A stretch of DNA of 64,000 nucleotides from the human T2T-CHM13v2.0 reference genome, Homo sapiens. The translations under genes and the position numbers were made by a program. Of the stretch, positions 46,381 to 61,399 are shown one piece after another. The stretch lies in assembly GCF_009914755.1 (NCBI RefSeq), contig NC_060936.1. The stretch is one strand, 5' to 3'. A model generated the notes under the pieces. The model searched no databases, was not told where the DNA came from, and was given only the letters and a program-made list of their open reading frames with translations. Numbering within the stretch: position 1 is the stretch's first letter; each line of letters begins with the position of its first letter.

Positions 46381-48839
46381 TTATTATGGTTCATATTATG
46401 ATTGAGTTTTAATGTCCTTTTATGTGTTTAACAGTCCTTTACATTTCCTTTTCTGTGTACTGCCTTCTTATATGCTTCACCCATTTCACTTTTGTGTTGT
46501 TGGCCTTTTTTATATTGATTTGTAGGAGTTCTTTATATATCATATGCCATTTGTTCTTTTACTTAACTATACAAATTTATCGAGCACCTACAGCAGGCTT
46601 AGTGCTGTTTGCTGTTCCAGGACTAAGGATACAGAGATTAAAAAAAAAAACAAAAAAAACAAACAATAACACAGTATTTACCTTCAAAGAACTTGCAAAC
46701 TAGTGAAGAAGACAGGTAAAAAAATTAACATTCACAATAAAGAATAAAAAATAATTTGAGAGGGTGAGCATGGGGTGCTTTGAGAGCACAGAGGAGAGAG
46801 AAAACTCACATGAACCATGTCTGATTAGGGAATTCTGCAAAGGGTGTTCAAAGCCTTTGAGTGGAAGATGCTTGATAAACCCTTGTTCTGTGTGTAAAGA
46901 CTGATTGGCTCCTGTGGTTAAGTACTTGGTTGGCTCCTCTGTTTCAGACTCATTTCTAAGGAGGCCAGTATTCTGATTGTCATCATATCTGACTTTGCTC
47001 CATATTTACGACCTATTCCCAGCCCCTGAAGCACACAAAGAATAGTGTAAACATGTTATTACCATCACTGGGAAAGCTCTAACTTCACACGTTTTTGATG
47101 ATAAGTAGCTTTATCTCTGTTGAAGAAAGATAGTTTACTATTGAGCTATCAGCTAGATTTCACAAATAGATGGGGGCTTTTCCAAATATAAAACAGGCCA
47201 TATCCCCAAATGTGGTATTTTGATCTACCTATTAATCATTTAGCAACCTTTGGGTTTTCAATGCTGGTTGGACATAATATAGCACTCAGGCCCAACAGTG
47301 ACCTTCATCTTTCTATTGTATCTTTTATTGAGGACCTGCTGTGAATGTTTCACATCCAATTAACCCATATAGCAGCACATGGTATTAAGTGGGCCATCCT
47401 ATTTTAAGACTTTTTTTTATAAGAGTTGAATGCAGTTTGGACGATCTATTCCAGCTGGGACTGAAGCAATTGAACACAAGCCTTGGGCAGAACAAAATTT
47501 CTTAACAGCTACAGATTGCCTTGTGTGTGGTCTAGGGCACAGCTGATTCCTTGCAATAGTGTATGTCATAAACCCTCAAAGCAGCTCCTACCTTATCCAC
47601 CAAGGTTGAGAGTTCTTGCTTCAGCTCTCAGCATTGCCAAAGAAATGAATTCCACTTTTCTGTCAGGAAGATGGCATGTTGTCTGAATTAATGGATAAGA
47701 ATGGCTACATAATTTGTGGGGGCTCAATGCAAAGCAAAAATATAGGACCTCTTGTTTAAAATTATTAACAATTTCAAATGATGACTGCAGAATATTAAAC
47801 AAAACCAGGGAGAGGCAGAGCCAGATCTACAATCATAGATGTAATATGACTAAAATACATGGAGAAGGGAGGTGCAGATTATTTTCCATGCCCTGAAATT
47901 TATAATTTCCTCTATTATAAACCATAACTTATGGTATATATTTTTTAGTAGCTAATTTTGTGTGCCTTCCTTCCCCTTCAAATTAGGCCCAGAATTCAAG
48001 TCTTTTGGGCCCCAATTCAATGAACTTTTGACTCACCAGTACTTTTCAAACTTTCTAAACTGTGACCTTACGACAGTGTTACCTTGAAATCTAGGTCTCA
48101 TCAACACACACATATACAAGTAAATAAAAGCTCCATTAATGGGTGTTTTTACTTGCAATGCAAATATTTGCTCTGCTATTCTTTTACATACCATTTCATT
48201 GAAAACAAACAAGTGCCAGTCATGACCCCCTACACTGATTTTATGAACCACTAATGGGTCATATCACACAGTTCAAAAAATACTGCTTGAATGTCTATGT
48301 TGCTTATCTGCTGGGAGTGGTGGGTGAAGCCTGAGGACATTTCACAGAAAGCCTCTTCTAGAATAAGAACCACCAAGGCCCAGATGTGCTGGTAATAGGG
48401 CAAGAAATAGACATATTTGAACTCTAATAGGGGAATCTAAATTGGAACAATCTTTCTAAAAGTAATTTGTTAAGTTTACTGTAAGTTTACCGTAGAGTCT
48501 TAAAAATGTGTTCACTCTGACTCAGCGATTCCACCTTTAAAAATCAGGCCAAGGAAATAATCATTGATGTAGACAAAGACTTAGCTACAAAGGATGATCA
48601 ATGCAATATCATTTATATAATGGAGGAAAACTGGAAACAACTTAAATGTCAAGAGTTGAGAATTAGTTAAAGGAGGGCCTATATCTATGAATTGAATGTA
48701 CTGCCATTAAGTCATATATGTAATGAAAGTTTTAGTGATAAAAATATTTATGATATATTAATTGAGGAAAGCGGATACAGAACAGTACATACTGTCAGTA
48801 TGAAAAAGATGAGGATTTATATAAATTTATATGCATTTA

Positions 48840-49582
<743 letters not shown>

Positions 49583-50030
49583 TATGGGTTGTAAGATTAT
49601 GGGGGAATTTTATTTTCTTCTTTTTGATTTTCTATACTTTCTAATCTTTCTACAATGACCATTGTATAATTTAAATTTAAATGACTTATTTAATTTAAAA
49701 AAATAACCAATATAGGGCTCCTCTAAAAAGAAGAGTGGGGCAGGGAAGATAATGAAAGCAACATGCATTTGATGTAGGATAAGTGAAGAAACTCATTTGA
49801 GACTGTCTAACTACAATATAGTAACATTTTATCTCTTGGGTTACATAGCCAATAAAGCAGTTTGTGAATATTTTCTTTTTAAAGGGTTCTAATCATTAGC
49901 ACTGGCTGTCCAAGTTCTGATGAAGCTTCAGCTCCATTTTTCATCTGTCCGTAGAAGAGTTTCTCCACGACATGGACCCAGGGACTTCAGTGAGTCACTT
50001 AAAATAGGTTGATTTCAGTCACTTAAAATA

Positions 50031-50635
<605 letters not shown>

Positions 50636-50947
50636 TCAGCTGACTGCAGGGGTGGATGGGGCTCCCATATGGCTACTAGCTTCTGGAAGATTTCATATCT
50701 AGTGGGGTATGCCATTTTCTTCTCTTCAATGTTTTTTACCACACATTCTCATGTGATATTTCAGGTGGATCCTTACAATAACCCTATGACATAGGAATTC
50801 ATTCCCTTCTATTATATATATTTTTTGTACGAAGAAACTAAGGTCCCAGAGATTGACTTGCCCAAGGTCACATGATCAGACCCAGAGTTCAGACCCAGGC
50901 CCCTGACCCTAACGTCCATGCTTTCAACACCACCCCTACCATGTTAC

Positions 50948-51363
50948 CTTTAGGTCTTGGAAATTTTGTCTGGTTCTGAGAACTCAGTTTCTGGAGGGTT
51001 GTGGCGTCTAATAAGAAAAAAGAAGTTATTAAAGGCTCAGCCACCAAGCACTTTCCAACAGATTGATTCCATGTTGGGACAAAGACTCACACTCACAGCC
51101 AAGCCTGAGCCAGTGGGGACAGAGGCCAGTTGGATTATCCATGCTCTTTCTCTTTCTCTCTCCTTGTTCATTTCAGTGTCCCCTTCGTGGCCACCGTTTG
51201 TGAAGTTGAATGCCCTGACACTGTACTCTGACTGTAGTGCTCACTCAGGCCTCAGAGTCTGGCATAGACCCCTCCCTTGATATACCAGTATTCAAAGTTT
51301 GGCTGTTTTGTTTCCTGTTTGTTTCAGGATCTTACAGTTCCTGACCTGTTGTGAACTAATTCA
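50948..51363 (-). pseudogene. Three further putative exons, probably upstream part of the same decayed gene (51363-51336, 51231-51097, 51007-50948)
   Basis: Donors GTAAGA, GTGAGT, GTAACA; introns of 104 and 89 bp. Phase-compatible reading ELVHNRSGT/SEYSVRAFNFTNGGHEGDTEMNKERERERAWIIQLASVPTGSGLA/TPQPSRN*VLRTRQNFQDLK. Confidence 0.4.
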
Positions 51364-51845
51364 CTGAACAGGAGAGGTGAGGAGTGCAGATGTTTAACTG
51401 AAAAGAGAGAATCCTGGAAAGGGCAAGGAAGTCAAAATATTAATAAAAATAATAATTTCTATGGATGCAAATCTTTTTTGGCAGGATGGCCTTTCTGTTA
51501 TATTTGTAATAATATACCAGAGTTGATCACTAACAATATGATAATGACTTCTATCCCTATTTTATTCAGCAATTAATTAAAATGTCCCAGTACTGATAAG
51601 CATTTCACAGAATAAATATTTTGATCTCACTTTCCCTGGGTTGATAGTGGAGTACAGGATAGGGTAAAGACTATCAGCTTTGGAGAAAACAAACCTGTAT
51701 TTAAAGCCCCTGATTTGTCTCTTTTGCATAAGTCTTTGTCTCTTTGCCTGAATCTCTCAGGCTTAGTCTCCTCATTTGTTAAAGGAAGATAATACTGTCT
51801 AGCTCCTAACTTGTAAGGACTAAGTGAAAGAAGCTTTCTTTCTCC

Positions 51846-53246
51846 CAGTGCTGCCCTGGAGCCAGCTTACCCTGGTTCATGAGAGTCAACTGTTAAACTT
51901 TCAGGGCATTCTGAGCTGGTTGTTGTTAAACATAGCCCTTATCAAAAATTAAATTATATAAACTTATAATTAAAGACATTAAAACAAACAAAAGTAATAA
52001 ATACTCAAAACTTACCATGCCCTAATTATTTTGCTATTTTACGATCGTCTATGCTCTTGTGGTTATTTATGCCTAGTGCATCTGTGTGGTGGCGTATAAT
52101 GGTGTGCCAGTTTGCATTCTCCGCAAGTCCATTGTTAGGTGACTTTACATTGGTAGTTTGAAAGTGGCCACAACTAGAATATTTACAACACAAAAAAATT
52201 TACAAATCAAGACCTCATTTATTGTATTATCTATTGTCTAAGGCAGGCCTGTTCAACTTTGGCACTATTGACATTTGGGGCTGCATAATTCTTGGTTGTG
52301 GAGGGAGAAGCTGTGCATTGTAGGATATTTAGCAGCATTCTGGCCTCTCCTTACTAAATGACACTCCCTTTAAGTTGTGACAACCACAACTGTGTCCAGA
52401 TATTGCCAAATATGCCTTGGGGAGCAGAATTGCTCCTTCTCTCCATTGAGAGCTACTGGTCTAAGGAGTTGGCAAATTAAGGTCAGTGGGCAAAATTTGG
52501 CCCGTGGATGTTTATATACAGCCCTCAAGCTAAGAAGTTCTGCATTTTTAGAGGATTGTAAAACATAACAGAGACTAGATGTGGTCTGCAAAGCCTAAGA
52601 TATTTACTTTTTCGCCCCTTAAAGAAAATGTTTGTTGACCCTTAGTCTTAGTGATAAAGAAACTGTTAACAAAGCAGATTAAACTTAAAAGAGCTTCATG
52701 TTAGTAGCTGTTACATTGTGAAGAACACACACAATACTGAAGAAATGTTCTTCGGTATATGAAAGAACAGTTTCCAGTATATGAAAACTATTATTTGATT
52801 CAGCAAAGAAGCTACTCACGTCACCAACGAACAAGTGAATTTCCAACATACGTAAAGGTGGAACTCAAAGAGGGTTCAGTTTAACAAAAATAATTTGTGT
52901 GAAAATCATAGTTTAACAGTAGATCACATATAACATTTCAGTACGATATTTATATTGGAGAAAGGATTAGTGGTCTGGAATGCGATTCCATTTGTCAAAC
53001 CATGGTTGAACGGCAACCATAAGTTGGCTATCAATACAAGAGTTCAGCAAAACTCAATGAAAACATCCCAGTTGACTCACTGGCTACATGGAATTTACAA
53101 TATACAGAAACTGTATATTTATTATTATTTGTAAAACATGTGTTACTTACCTGTTCTATCAGTAAAATTTAAAATAAATGTTTATATGTATATATTCACC
53201 CACCTCTCTGAGAACTGGTTGTTAATCACCTACCAGCACACCACTG
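51846..53246 (+). mobile_element. MER63 (hAT-Blackjack) containing nested MER20 and MER58-like elements
   Basis: Starts CAGTGCTGCCCTGGAGCCAGC and ends ACCAGCACACCACTG. Confidence 0.75.
52244..52458 (+). mobile_element. MER20 (hAT-Charlie)
   Basis: GGCACTATTGACATTTGGGGCTG...CCAGATATTGCCAAAT; perfect 8-bp TSD GTCTAAGG. Confidence 0.85.
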
Positions 53247-54172
53247 CTCCCACCTCCTGTTCTATCCCGATTTCTTTGTTCCTCCCCCACATTCTTCCTT
53301 GAAAGACATTGTCCTTCTCTTTATTTAATGGGATTCTCCAACCTCTCTCCTGTCTCAGAGCCTTTGCTGCTGTCTTTTCCTTACCCTGAAATGCTCCTTT
53401 TTTTCCTTCTCAACACCTTTCACTCCCAACACATCAGAGATCCTTCCATCTTAGCTAAAACATCACTTTCTTAGAGGAAGCCTTTCTAAACCCCTCTGAC
53501 ATGGTGAGGGCTCCCTGATAAATACAGTCGCAGAACCCTGTGCTTCTCCTTCATAACATGCTGTCACAAGAGAACTTATAAGATTGTCTGTGTAGTTTTT
53601 ATTAATTGTCTGTCTCTCACACTAGGCTGTAAATTGCATGACTGCAGGAACCATATCATTTTGTTCACTGCTGATTTGCCAGTGCTTAACAGACTGTTTG
53701 GAAAATATTAGCTGCTCAGTAAATGCTTGTTCCTTTTCCCCTTCTTTCTTTCTGTGCTAGTTAGAATTAATCCCATGAATAGAGAGCACATTTTCTGTTT
53801 GTTATGATTAATGGAGAGTATTTTATGACACCCTGAACTTTTCCATCTTATCACATAACACAAGTGAATGTTATTCATTCTTTATATGATTTACTTTATT
53901 GTTATGGTTATTGCTGTTATTATTTTGCTGAGTGTCCCTTGTTCATGGGATGGTGAGCTTTCAGAGCTTGGGTTTTGGGTCTCTCCTACTCAGCACTAGC
54001 ACATTGCCTGGGGCATCCAGTTATCAGGGACACAGTGGTGAACAAGATAGGTGTAATCATCTATTTATGTTCCATATAGTGAGAGAGACATGAAACATGT
54101 CCATGTATGCTAAGTGGTGCTCAGTGCTTAGTGCTACAGGGTAAAATAAAGCAAGGTAAGAATGAGAAGAGA

Positions 54173-54475
54173 GGCCAGGTGCGGTGGCTTACGCCTGTAA
54201 TTCCAGCACTTTGGGAGGCTGAGGCGGGAAGATCGCTTGAGCTTAGGAGTTTGAGACAAGCCTGGGCAACATAGCGAAACTCCATCTCTACTAAATACAA
54301 AAAATTAGCTGGGTGTGGCGGCACGTGCATGTAGTCTCAGCTACTCGGGAGGCCGAGGCAGGAGAACCGCTTGAACCCGAAATGCTGAGGTTGCAGTGAG
54401 CCAAGATCATGCCACTGCTCTCCAGCCTAGTTGATAGAGCCAGACTGTGTCTCCAAAAACAAACAAACAAAAAAA
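54173..54475 (+). mobile_element. Alu (Jb/Sx-like) within L2
   Basis: Full dimer; TSD GAATGAGAA. Confidence 0.88.
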
Positions 54476-55239
54476 GGAATGAGAAATGAGAAGTGATATC
54501 CTGTACTGGGAAGAGAAATGGCATTGTATTTGGTGTGTCCAGGAAAGGCCTCTCTGGTAAGGTGAGTAGAAACCTGTAGCATGCAATGGAAGGTCTCTGG
54601 GCAAAAATCAATCCAGGCTATGGAACAGAAAGTACAGGGGCCCTGGGGAGAGAATGTGCTTTATGAGTTCAGAGAACAACAAGGAGGCCTCATGACCGGC
54701 GTGAGTGATAGATGAAGTTAGAGCTATGTTGGGATGGGGTAGGATTCAGGGTCATTTAGATCCTTGGGGTCACTGTAAGAAGTTTGGCCATTACTCTGAG
54801 AGAGATGAAAGCCTGTGGGGGTTTTGAGCAAAAGAACGACATGATCCTTTGGTTTTGGTAGGATCACTCTGGCTGCCATGCTGGGAACAAATGACAGAGT
54901 GCAAGCATGGAAATAAGGAGGCCACTTAGGAGGCCATGGCACAAACCCAGGTGCAAGAAACCTGGCATGGACCAGAGAGATGACAGTGGAGGTGGTGGGA
55001 AGGTATCAGATTCAATACATATATTGTGAAGGTAAAACTTAAACATTTTCTAATGGATTGATTGTGTGGTGTGAAGAGAAGAAAAATAATTGTTGAAATT
55101 TTTGAATGGGCTCTTATGTCATACCCAGCACTATGTGCTACACCACTGGAGATCCAAAAGGATGGGAAATACATGCCACCCTCAGGGAGTATCCAGTCCA
55201 GTGGGCAAATACGATTGTCAGTGTGAAGGCCCAGAGAAA

Positions 55240-55485
55240 ATAATAACAGCTAACCCCTACACAGCACTTTCTGTGTGTCAGGTACCAGCGCTTTGCATAG
55301 ATTAATTCATTAAATCCTTGCAATAACCTCATGAAATACATAGTAATTATATCTTTATTTTACAGATGGGGAAACTGAGACAGATGTTAAGGAAAAGCCT
55401 AAGGTCTAAGGTCACACAGCTTGTAAGTGGCAGAGCTGGGATTTGAACCCAGCCGGTCCAGCGCCACAGTCTGTGTCTTCAGTCA
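55240..55485 (-). mobile_element. MIR
   Basis: TTTTACAGATGGGGAAACTGAG...GGCAGAGCTGGGATTTGAACCCAG. Confidence 0.8.
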
Positions 55486-55882
55486 TTGTCTCCATCTCTG
55501 CTGGAGAGAATGAAATCACAGTACAGGCTCTTATCATCCAAGAAGAAATGGGCTTGGTGTCACATAGAAGTCACACAGGAGTCCCTCAGGCAGCCCAGAG
55601 CTGCAGAGTGCAGTAAGTGTCAGTGCAAACTCTCTTCAAAAGAAAATGTACAGGCCTGGGGTGACCCTCTTCCTTGTGCCGAAGGGGCTGGAGGATGCAC
55701 CATAGTACATTGGGAACCCCCAGAAGTAGGTAGGAAGTAGGAGCCTGTAGGACCTACAAAAATGCTATTTTATAAGAGAAGCAAAATATAACATTTCTAA
55801 CAGGTTTGAATGTAGATCTTCTACTAGCTGACCTTGTGACGGGAAACAAATGACACACATCACAGATGGGAAATGCACACAT

Positions 55883-55887
<5 letters not shown>

Positions 55888-55918
<31 letters not shown>
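55888..55918. repeat. (CA)n microsatellite ~1.4 kb upstream of NR1H4 exon 1
   Basis: Direct reading. Confidence 0.95.
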
Positions 55919-55924
<6 letters not shown>

Positions 55925-57249
55925 TGTGCAGCCATGCTGCTTTGGGAAGTTGTTTCTCAGCTCACTCATTGATTGCGTTAACAAAGAGTTACACAATGCT
56001 TTTTCTGTGAGAGGCACTGTGCTAAGACAAAGGGTAGATACAAAGACAAGTCTGCTACCATGCCTGGTTTTTGTAAAAGAGATAAAACAAGTAGAAAACT
56101 ATAATATATAAGGTCAGAGGATTTAAGGGACAGCAAGGAAACTACAAATAAAAGATCAAGGGAGTTGGGTGGGGAGAATAGGGGCAGATGAGGAATGGGG
56201 CTGGCTTCAGGGAGAACTCTGCTTCTGTTCCACGCCTGGAAGATGTGTGGGTGTGAAAAGAAAGTAACTGAGGTAGAAGGAAGAGCTTGTGCAAAAGTGT
56301 GGAGGCGGGAGAGCTTGGTACAGGTTGGCAGAGGTTGGGATGTCTGAAGGGACAGAATGTGAGAAAATCCTAGAGACATTAGGGCTAGATCTTCAGGTGT
56401 GGAAGGGGTTCTAAATGTCAAGCATTTTGTGTTCGTTTTTTAGGCATAGAGAGTGCATTGGGGATTTTCGATGAGGGGAGTGCCTAGCAAGTTGCTGGGT
56501 ACATAGTAGGCTGATAATCAATCAATGATGGTTCAACTAATGAAGGAGAGAAATAATAATTGCCACAAATTATTGGGTGATTGCTATCTGCCACACACTT
56601 TTCTAAACATTTTCACTACTCATGTAATTCTCACCACAGCCCATGAGATGGTTTCTCCATATCCATTCTACAGATGAGGAAACTGAGACTCAGAGAGGCT
56701 AAGTGTCTTGCTCAAGGCTGTGACTAAAGAGTGGGCATCTAACCAGAGCCTGTGCTTCCACACTGCTGTGCAATTTGGAAAACAGAAGAAGGGGAGAGAA
56801 GAAAAAGGGGTTGTGGGACCAATGTCATCCAGAAAGGAAGCTATGATAGGCCCAAAGTAGGAGAAGAACAATGTGGGTTGGAAATAAGAGACATTCCAAA
56901 GATGCAATCAACCCAAATCTGTTATTATTTGATATGGGTGGCTGGGCAGAGGGAAGGGTCAAAAAGGCTCCCAGCTTCTAGTTCAGTCCCGGGGAAGTGA
57001 TAGAGCTATTCAAAGAAGTTGTAGTGAGAGAGAGGGAAGATGACAGTTTGGTTTTAGTTGATGTGTACAGAAATACGGGTGCCCAGGAGCCCACAAAACG
57101 GCCAGAGGAGAAATGCTTTCAAAGGCAAGCTGCAGGGCTCCTTGGTTTTGTCACATTCCTCATTCTGGGGCTTTGCGGTTTTGTCTTGGGAATCTCGAGG
57201 CTCTCCCAAGGTTCCTTTCTATGTTTATATCATTTAGCAGGGAAGGATT

Positions 57250-57262
57250 GTTAATGACTAAT
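57250..57262 (+). promoter_or_regulatory. HNF1 binding site in the NR1H4 (FXR alpha1/2) proximal promoter
   Basis: GTTAATGACTAAT matches the HNF1 palindrome GTTAATNATTAAC at 11/13 and lies just upstream of exon 1. HNF1A control of FXR is established. Confidence 0.8.
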
Positions 57263-57302
57263 CTGTGTCCATGAGGCACAGAGCCAAGGAAGAGATGCTG
57301 CT

Positions 57303-57504
57303 GCTAGCCCAGAAGGCCGCCTGTGATCATGCACAGTACACTGGAACTCTCTCCTCCTCCTCACCTCATTGTCTCCCCGACTTATCCTAATGCGAAATTG
57401 GATTCTGAGCATTTGTAGCAAAATCGCTGGGATCTGGAGAGGAAGACTCAGTCCAGAATCCTCCCAGGGCCTTGAAAGTCCATCTCTGACCCAAAACAAT
57501 CCAA
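57303..57504 (+). other. NR1H4: Non-coding exon 1 (5' UTR) of farnesoid X receptor; TSS approximate
   Basis: CTCTCCTCCTCCTCACCTCATTGTCTCCCCGACTTATCCTAATGCGAAATTGG...CCAAAACAATCCAA recognised as the FXR mRNA leader. It ends at a perfect donor CAA|GTAAGT (57505). Position downstream of SLC17A8 fits the known synteny. Confidence 0.9.
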
Positions 57505-58569
57505 GTAAGTACCTAATTCCTTTGGGAGTGGGTTGTGTATCTCACAGCAACAGAGAAAAAATAGTCACTTAAAAGTTTCTCTTTGACATCTGTAATGTAT
57601 GTCAATAAATGAATTCTAAGTTAGTAGAGTTTGATGTAAAGTCCTGAAAATTAAAAAAGAGAGAAACTAAAAAACAAAAAGAAGCAGAAGCAAAAGTTAA
57701 TGAGTCTTAACAGTTGCTTACCTATTGAAAACTTATTTAGAAATACTCTTTTAACATTGTGGTCACCTGAGTAAATCACTGGAGATAGTGCATTTCAGAA
57801 ATGTCTCCGTTCTGATTCCATAAACAATTTGACTTGTATAGTGTGCTATATTTTGGTGATTTATCAAATCTTGATGTGAGTTTGGGAGTATTGCTAATGT
57901 CAGATGACTTGGGAACTAAGAATAAGACATTTAACCTATGCTTAATTGAAATGAAATTTTTCCCTAGAAGAAGAGTAGGTGGAAAAAGTCTTCTTTCTTG
58001 ACTTCAGTTGTAAACTCTTCTATTGCTTTCCATTTTGAATATTAATATGACAGGAAATATCAGATGGAAATATTTTTAAAAGATAGAAATGTGAGTATGA
58101 CGAAGAACTTTAGTAATAAAATTGTCCAAGGACTAAATTTATAGATAAGATACCTCTTTGTCTCCTTATTGACAGAGTGAATGGGGCAACTGTGGAGCCT
58201 GACTTACTTCTTTTAATTGGGTTTTTATTCAGAAGGGAGGGGCAGGAGGGAATGACAAGTGACTCACCTTGAATTCTTCCTCTAAGAAACTCACACCTGA
58301 GCTTTGAGCTATAAAGAAATCTGATGCTGTTTCTGGTGCTGTCTTAGAATCACTTCAGGAGTATTGACAAGAGGGGTAGGAACCCTTAGAAATAATATTA
58401 GTGATAAATAAGAAGGCAGGAAGAAACTTTTGGAGGTGATGGATAGGTTTATGGTATAGATTGTGGTGATGATTTAATGAGTGTATGCCTATCCCCAGAC
58501 TCATCAAAGTGTATACATGGAATATGTAAAGCTTTTATATGTCAGTCACACCTCAGTAAAGTGGTTTAC

Positions 58570-58604
<35 letters not shown>
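58570..58604. repeat. (CTAT)n tetranucleotide STR at the tail of an old L1 3' end
   Basis: Eight-plus perfect CTAT units. Confidence 0.95.
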
Positions 58605-58871
58605 AATTTTTTTTTCTGTTCCTAAAAAAAGGAAGGGAGAAGAGAGGAAAAGATGTTCAGGGAGCTACCATTTTGTTTCTAGCTGTGATTTTATAAAATG
58701 ATAGACACTTTTATCTTTGTGTTACGTTCCTACCCCCAGTCCTCCAAATTATGGATCTGTGCCATTTGTACCGTGGACTTTTCTGTTTTCTGAGGATGTT
58801 GCAACAAATACTGATGCAACTCCTGGTTAACTGATAAAGTACTGGCCAGGGACAAAGCTCTCTTGTCCTGA

Positions 58872-59536
<665 letters not shown>

Positions 59537-60185
59537 TGACCCGTCCACAGGCAGATAGTTAGGAAGTAGCGGGACCTGAACTTGAGGGCGGGTCTTTCTG
59601 ACTCCAAAGCCTCTTCCTGGCTACTCTGATATTGGCTATTGGCGGAGGCTGGGAAAACTTGAAATGGGGAATGATCGGGGAGCGGCGAGGGGGGACCAGC
59701 CGTTAAGCATTCCAGCCTGACAGGGGTGATTTGTTAAACCCAGGAACTAGTTAGACGTTTCCTGAAACCTCCTGCATAGGGCATTTTCGAGAGATTGCAC
59801 CATCAGTAGGGAAACTGGAAAGTTTGGAGCACTATTTGTTTTAACCCAGAGACCAGTCTAAGATAGCTGGGTGAATATTTCCGTTATCAGCGTTTTAATT
59901 AAAGACCACAATGAACTCTCCATGCTGCTGTGATTAGGGACATCTTAGAGAGGAGCTCAGAACTGCTGTGGCTCACAGTCTCTGGATTATGAATGCCATG
60001 AGAATGCATATCATGATGTGATAGATTTTCAAAGGCTCACATTGTCATTAGGTGGGTGCATAAAGGACAGAAAAGGTTCTTTACTTCATAGAAAGAGATT
60101 TCCCTTCCCTTTGCTCTCAGTCTCATTTTTATCTTAGTCTCTAGCAACACAGATTATAAAGGGGAATAAAAGAAAATAGGAACAA

Positions 60186-60348
60186 GCTAGATACAGTGAT
60201 GAGTGCCTGTGATCCCAGCAGCTCGGGCGGCTGAGGTGGAAGGATTGCTTGAGCTCAGGAGTTCAAGGCTGCAGTGAGCTATGATAATGCCACTATACTC
60301 TAGCCTGGGTAACATAGAGAGACACCACCTCAAAATTTTTTTTAAAAA
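60186..60348 (+). mobile_element. Alu monomer (FRAM/AluJ)
   Basis: TSD AAATAGGAACAA. Confidence 0.8.
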
Positions 60349-61399
60349 ATAAGAAATAGGAACAATTTTCCTCCCAGGTATTTTTTTATTGTCACAGTAG
60401 TTTCTACCAGTGAAGATGTAGCTAAAAGGCATCACCATACGAGTGTCCTTAGTCACCAAGCTGTATGAGGAGGCAAAAATCATTATTACATACAAATATT
60501 CATCCTTCTGTCTTTTCTCTCCCTTCTCTCACCCTGCTCTGGAATCCCCTAACCCCTTTGCTCTTCACAGTGAATTATTTTCTCCCTCAGTTTGCCCATT
60601 TCCAATTTTGGCCATAAAAGAACATCTACTATTCCTACTCTCTCTGCTTTGTAAATTGGTGATAAGATGACACTAATATAATGCAACTTGATTGCAAAGT
60701 AAAATTGCAAATATTGCACAGGAAAAAAAATAAGATTTATTCTTTGTTAGGATTAAGAAATATAACAGGGTTCTGGTGATTAAAATAAATAAGTATAAAT
60801 ATAAAATAAATTTTTATTAATTTTCATTTTTTAATATAAAATCCTAACAAAACTTTGAGATTTTGCTTCCCATTTTAAAGAGATTTAGATGACCTTTCCC
60901 AGGTCTCAATGAACCTGAGACAACCTGGGTCTATTACACTTTAATTAATGTTATTAATGTAAAGAAAAGGAGAAATGGTATGGCTTTGCATTTTCAAGTC
61001 CTGTAGATATATTTAACACAGTTATCTGGAAAACATGGTAAATAATGTAGTTGTGCATGGAGAAGATAGTCCTGCTGTGGGATGTTGCTGATTAGAGAAA
61101 ACAAAAACACTGCTCTGGGCTGTGACTGTTCCTAAGCAGAGAGCTATTTGCTGCCATGTCCTAGAGAGTTATGGAAGCTGCCAGTGTAGACGACAAGTTG
61201 ATACCAGCCTGGGGCTTAAGGAGCAAAAGCTGGTTGCCATCCAGAATTTGCAGGGCAGAGACAGGACAAAGAAATGTCATTCCAAAGTGGTCATGTAAAA
61301 GATTCTTGCTCTCCTGGAGTCCCGACTCTGAATCTGAGGCTATAGCTGGGCTTCAGGGGGCCAGGGTCACTTAAGACTACATTTAAAAATCTATGCATT

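Noticed and set aside
56953-56970. GGGTCA-containing nuclear-receptor-like site upstream of NR1H4
   Set aside because: The second half-site is poor and the sequence looks L2-derived; unsupported.
57369-57572. 67-aa ORF over NR1H4 exon 1 as an FXR coding start
   Set aside because: Non-ATG start, runs into the intron and has no nuclear receptor similarity. FXR coding exons lie outside the window; kept only as a uORF.
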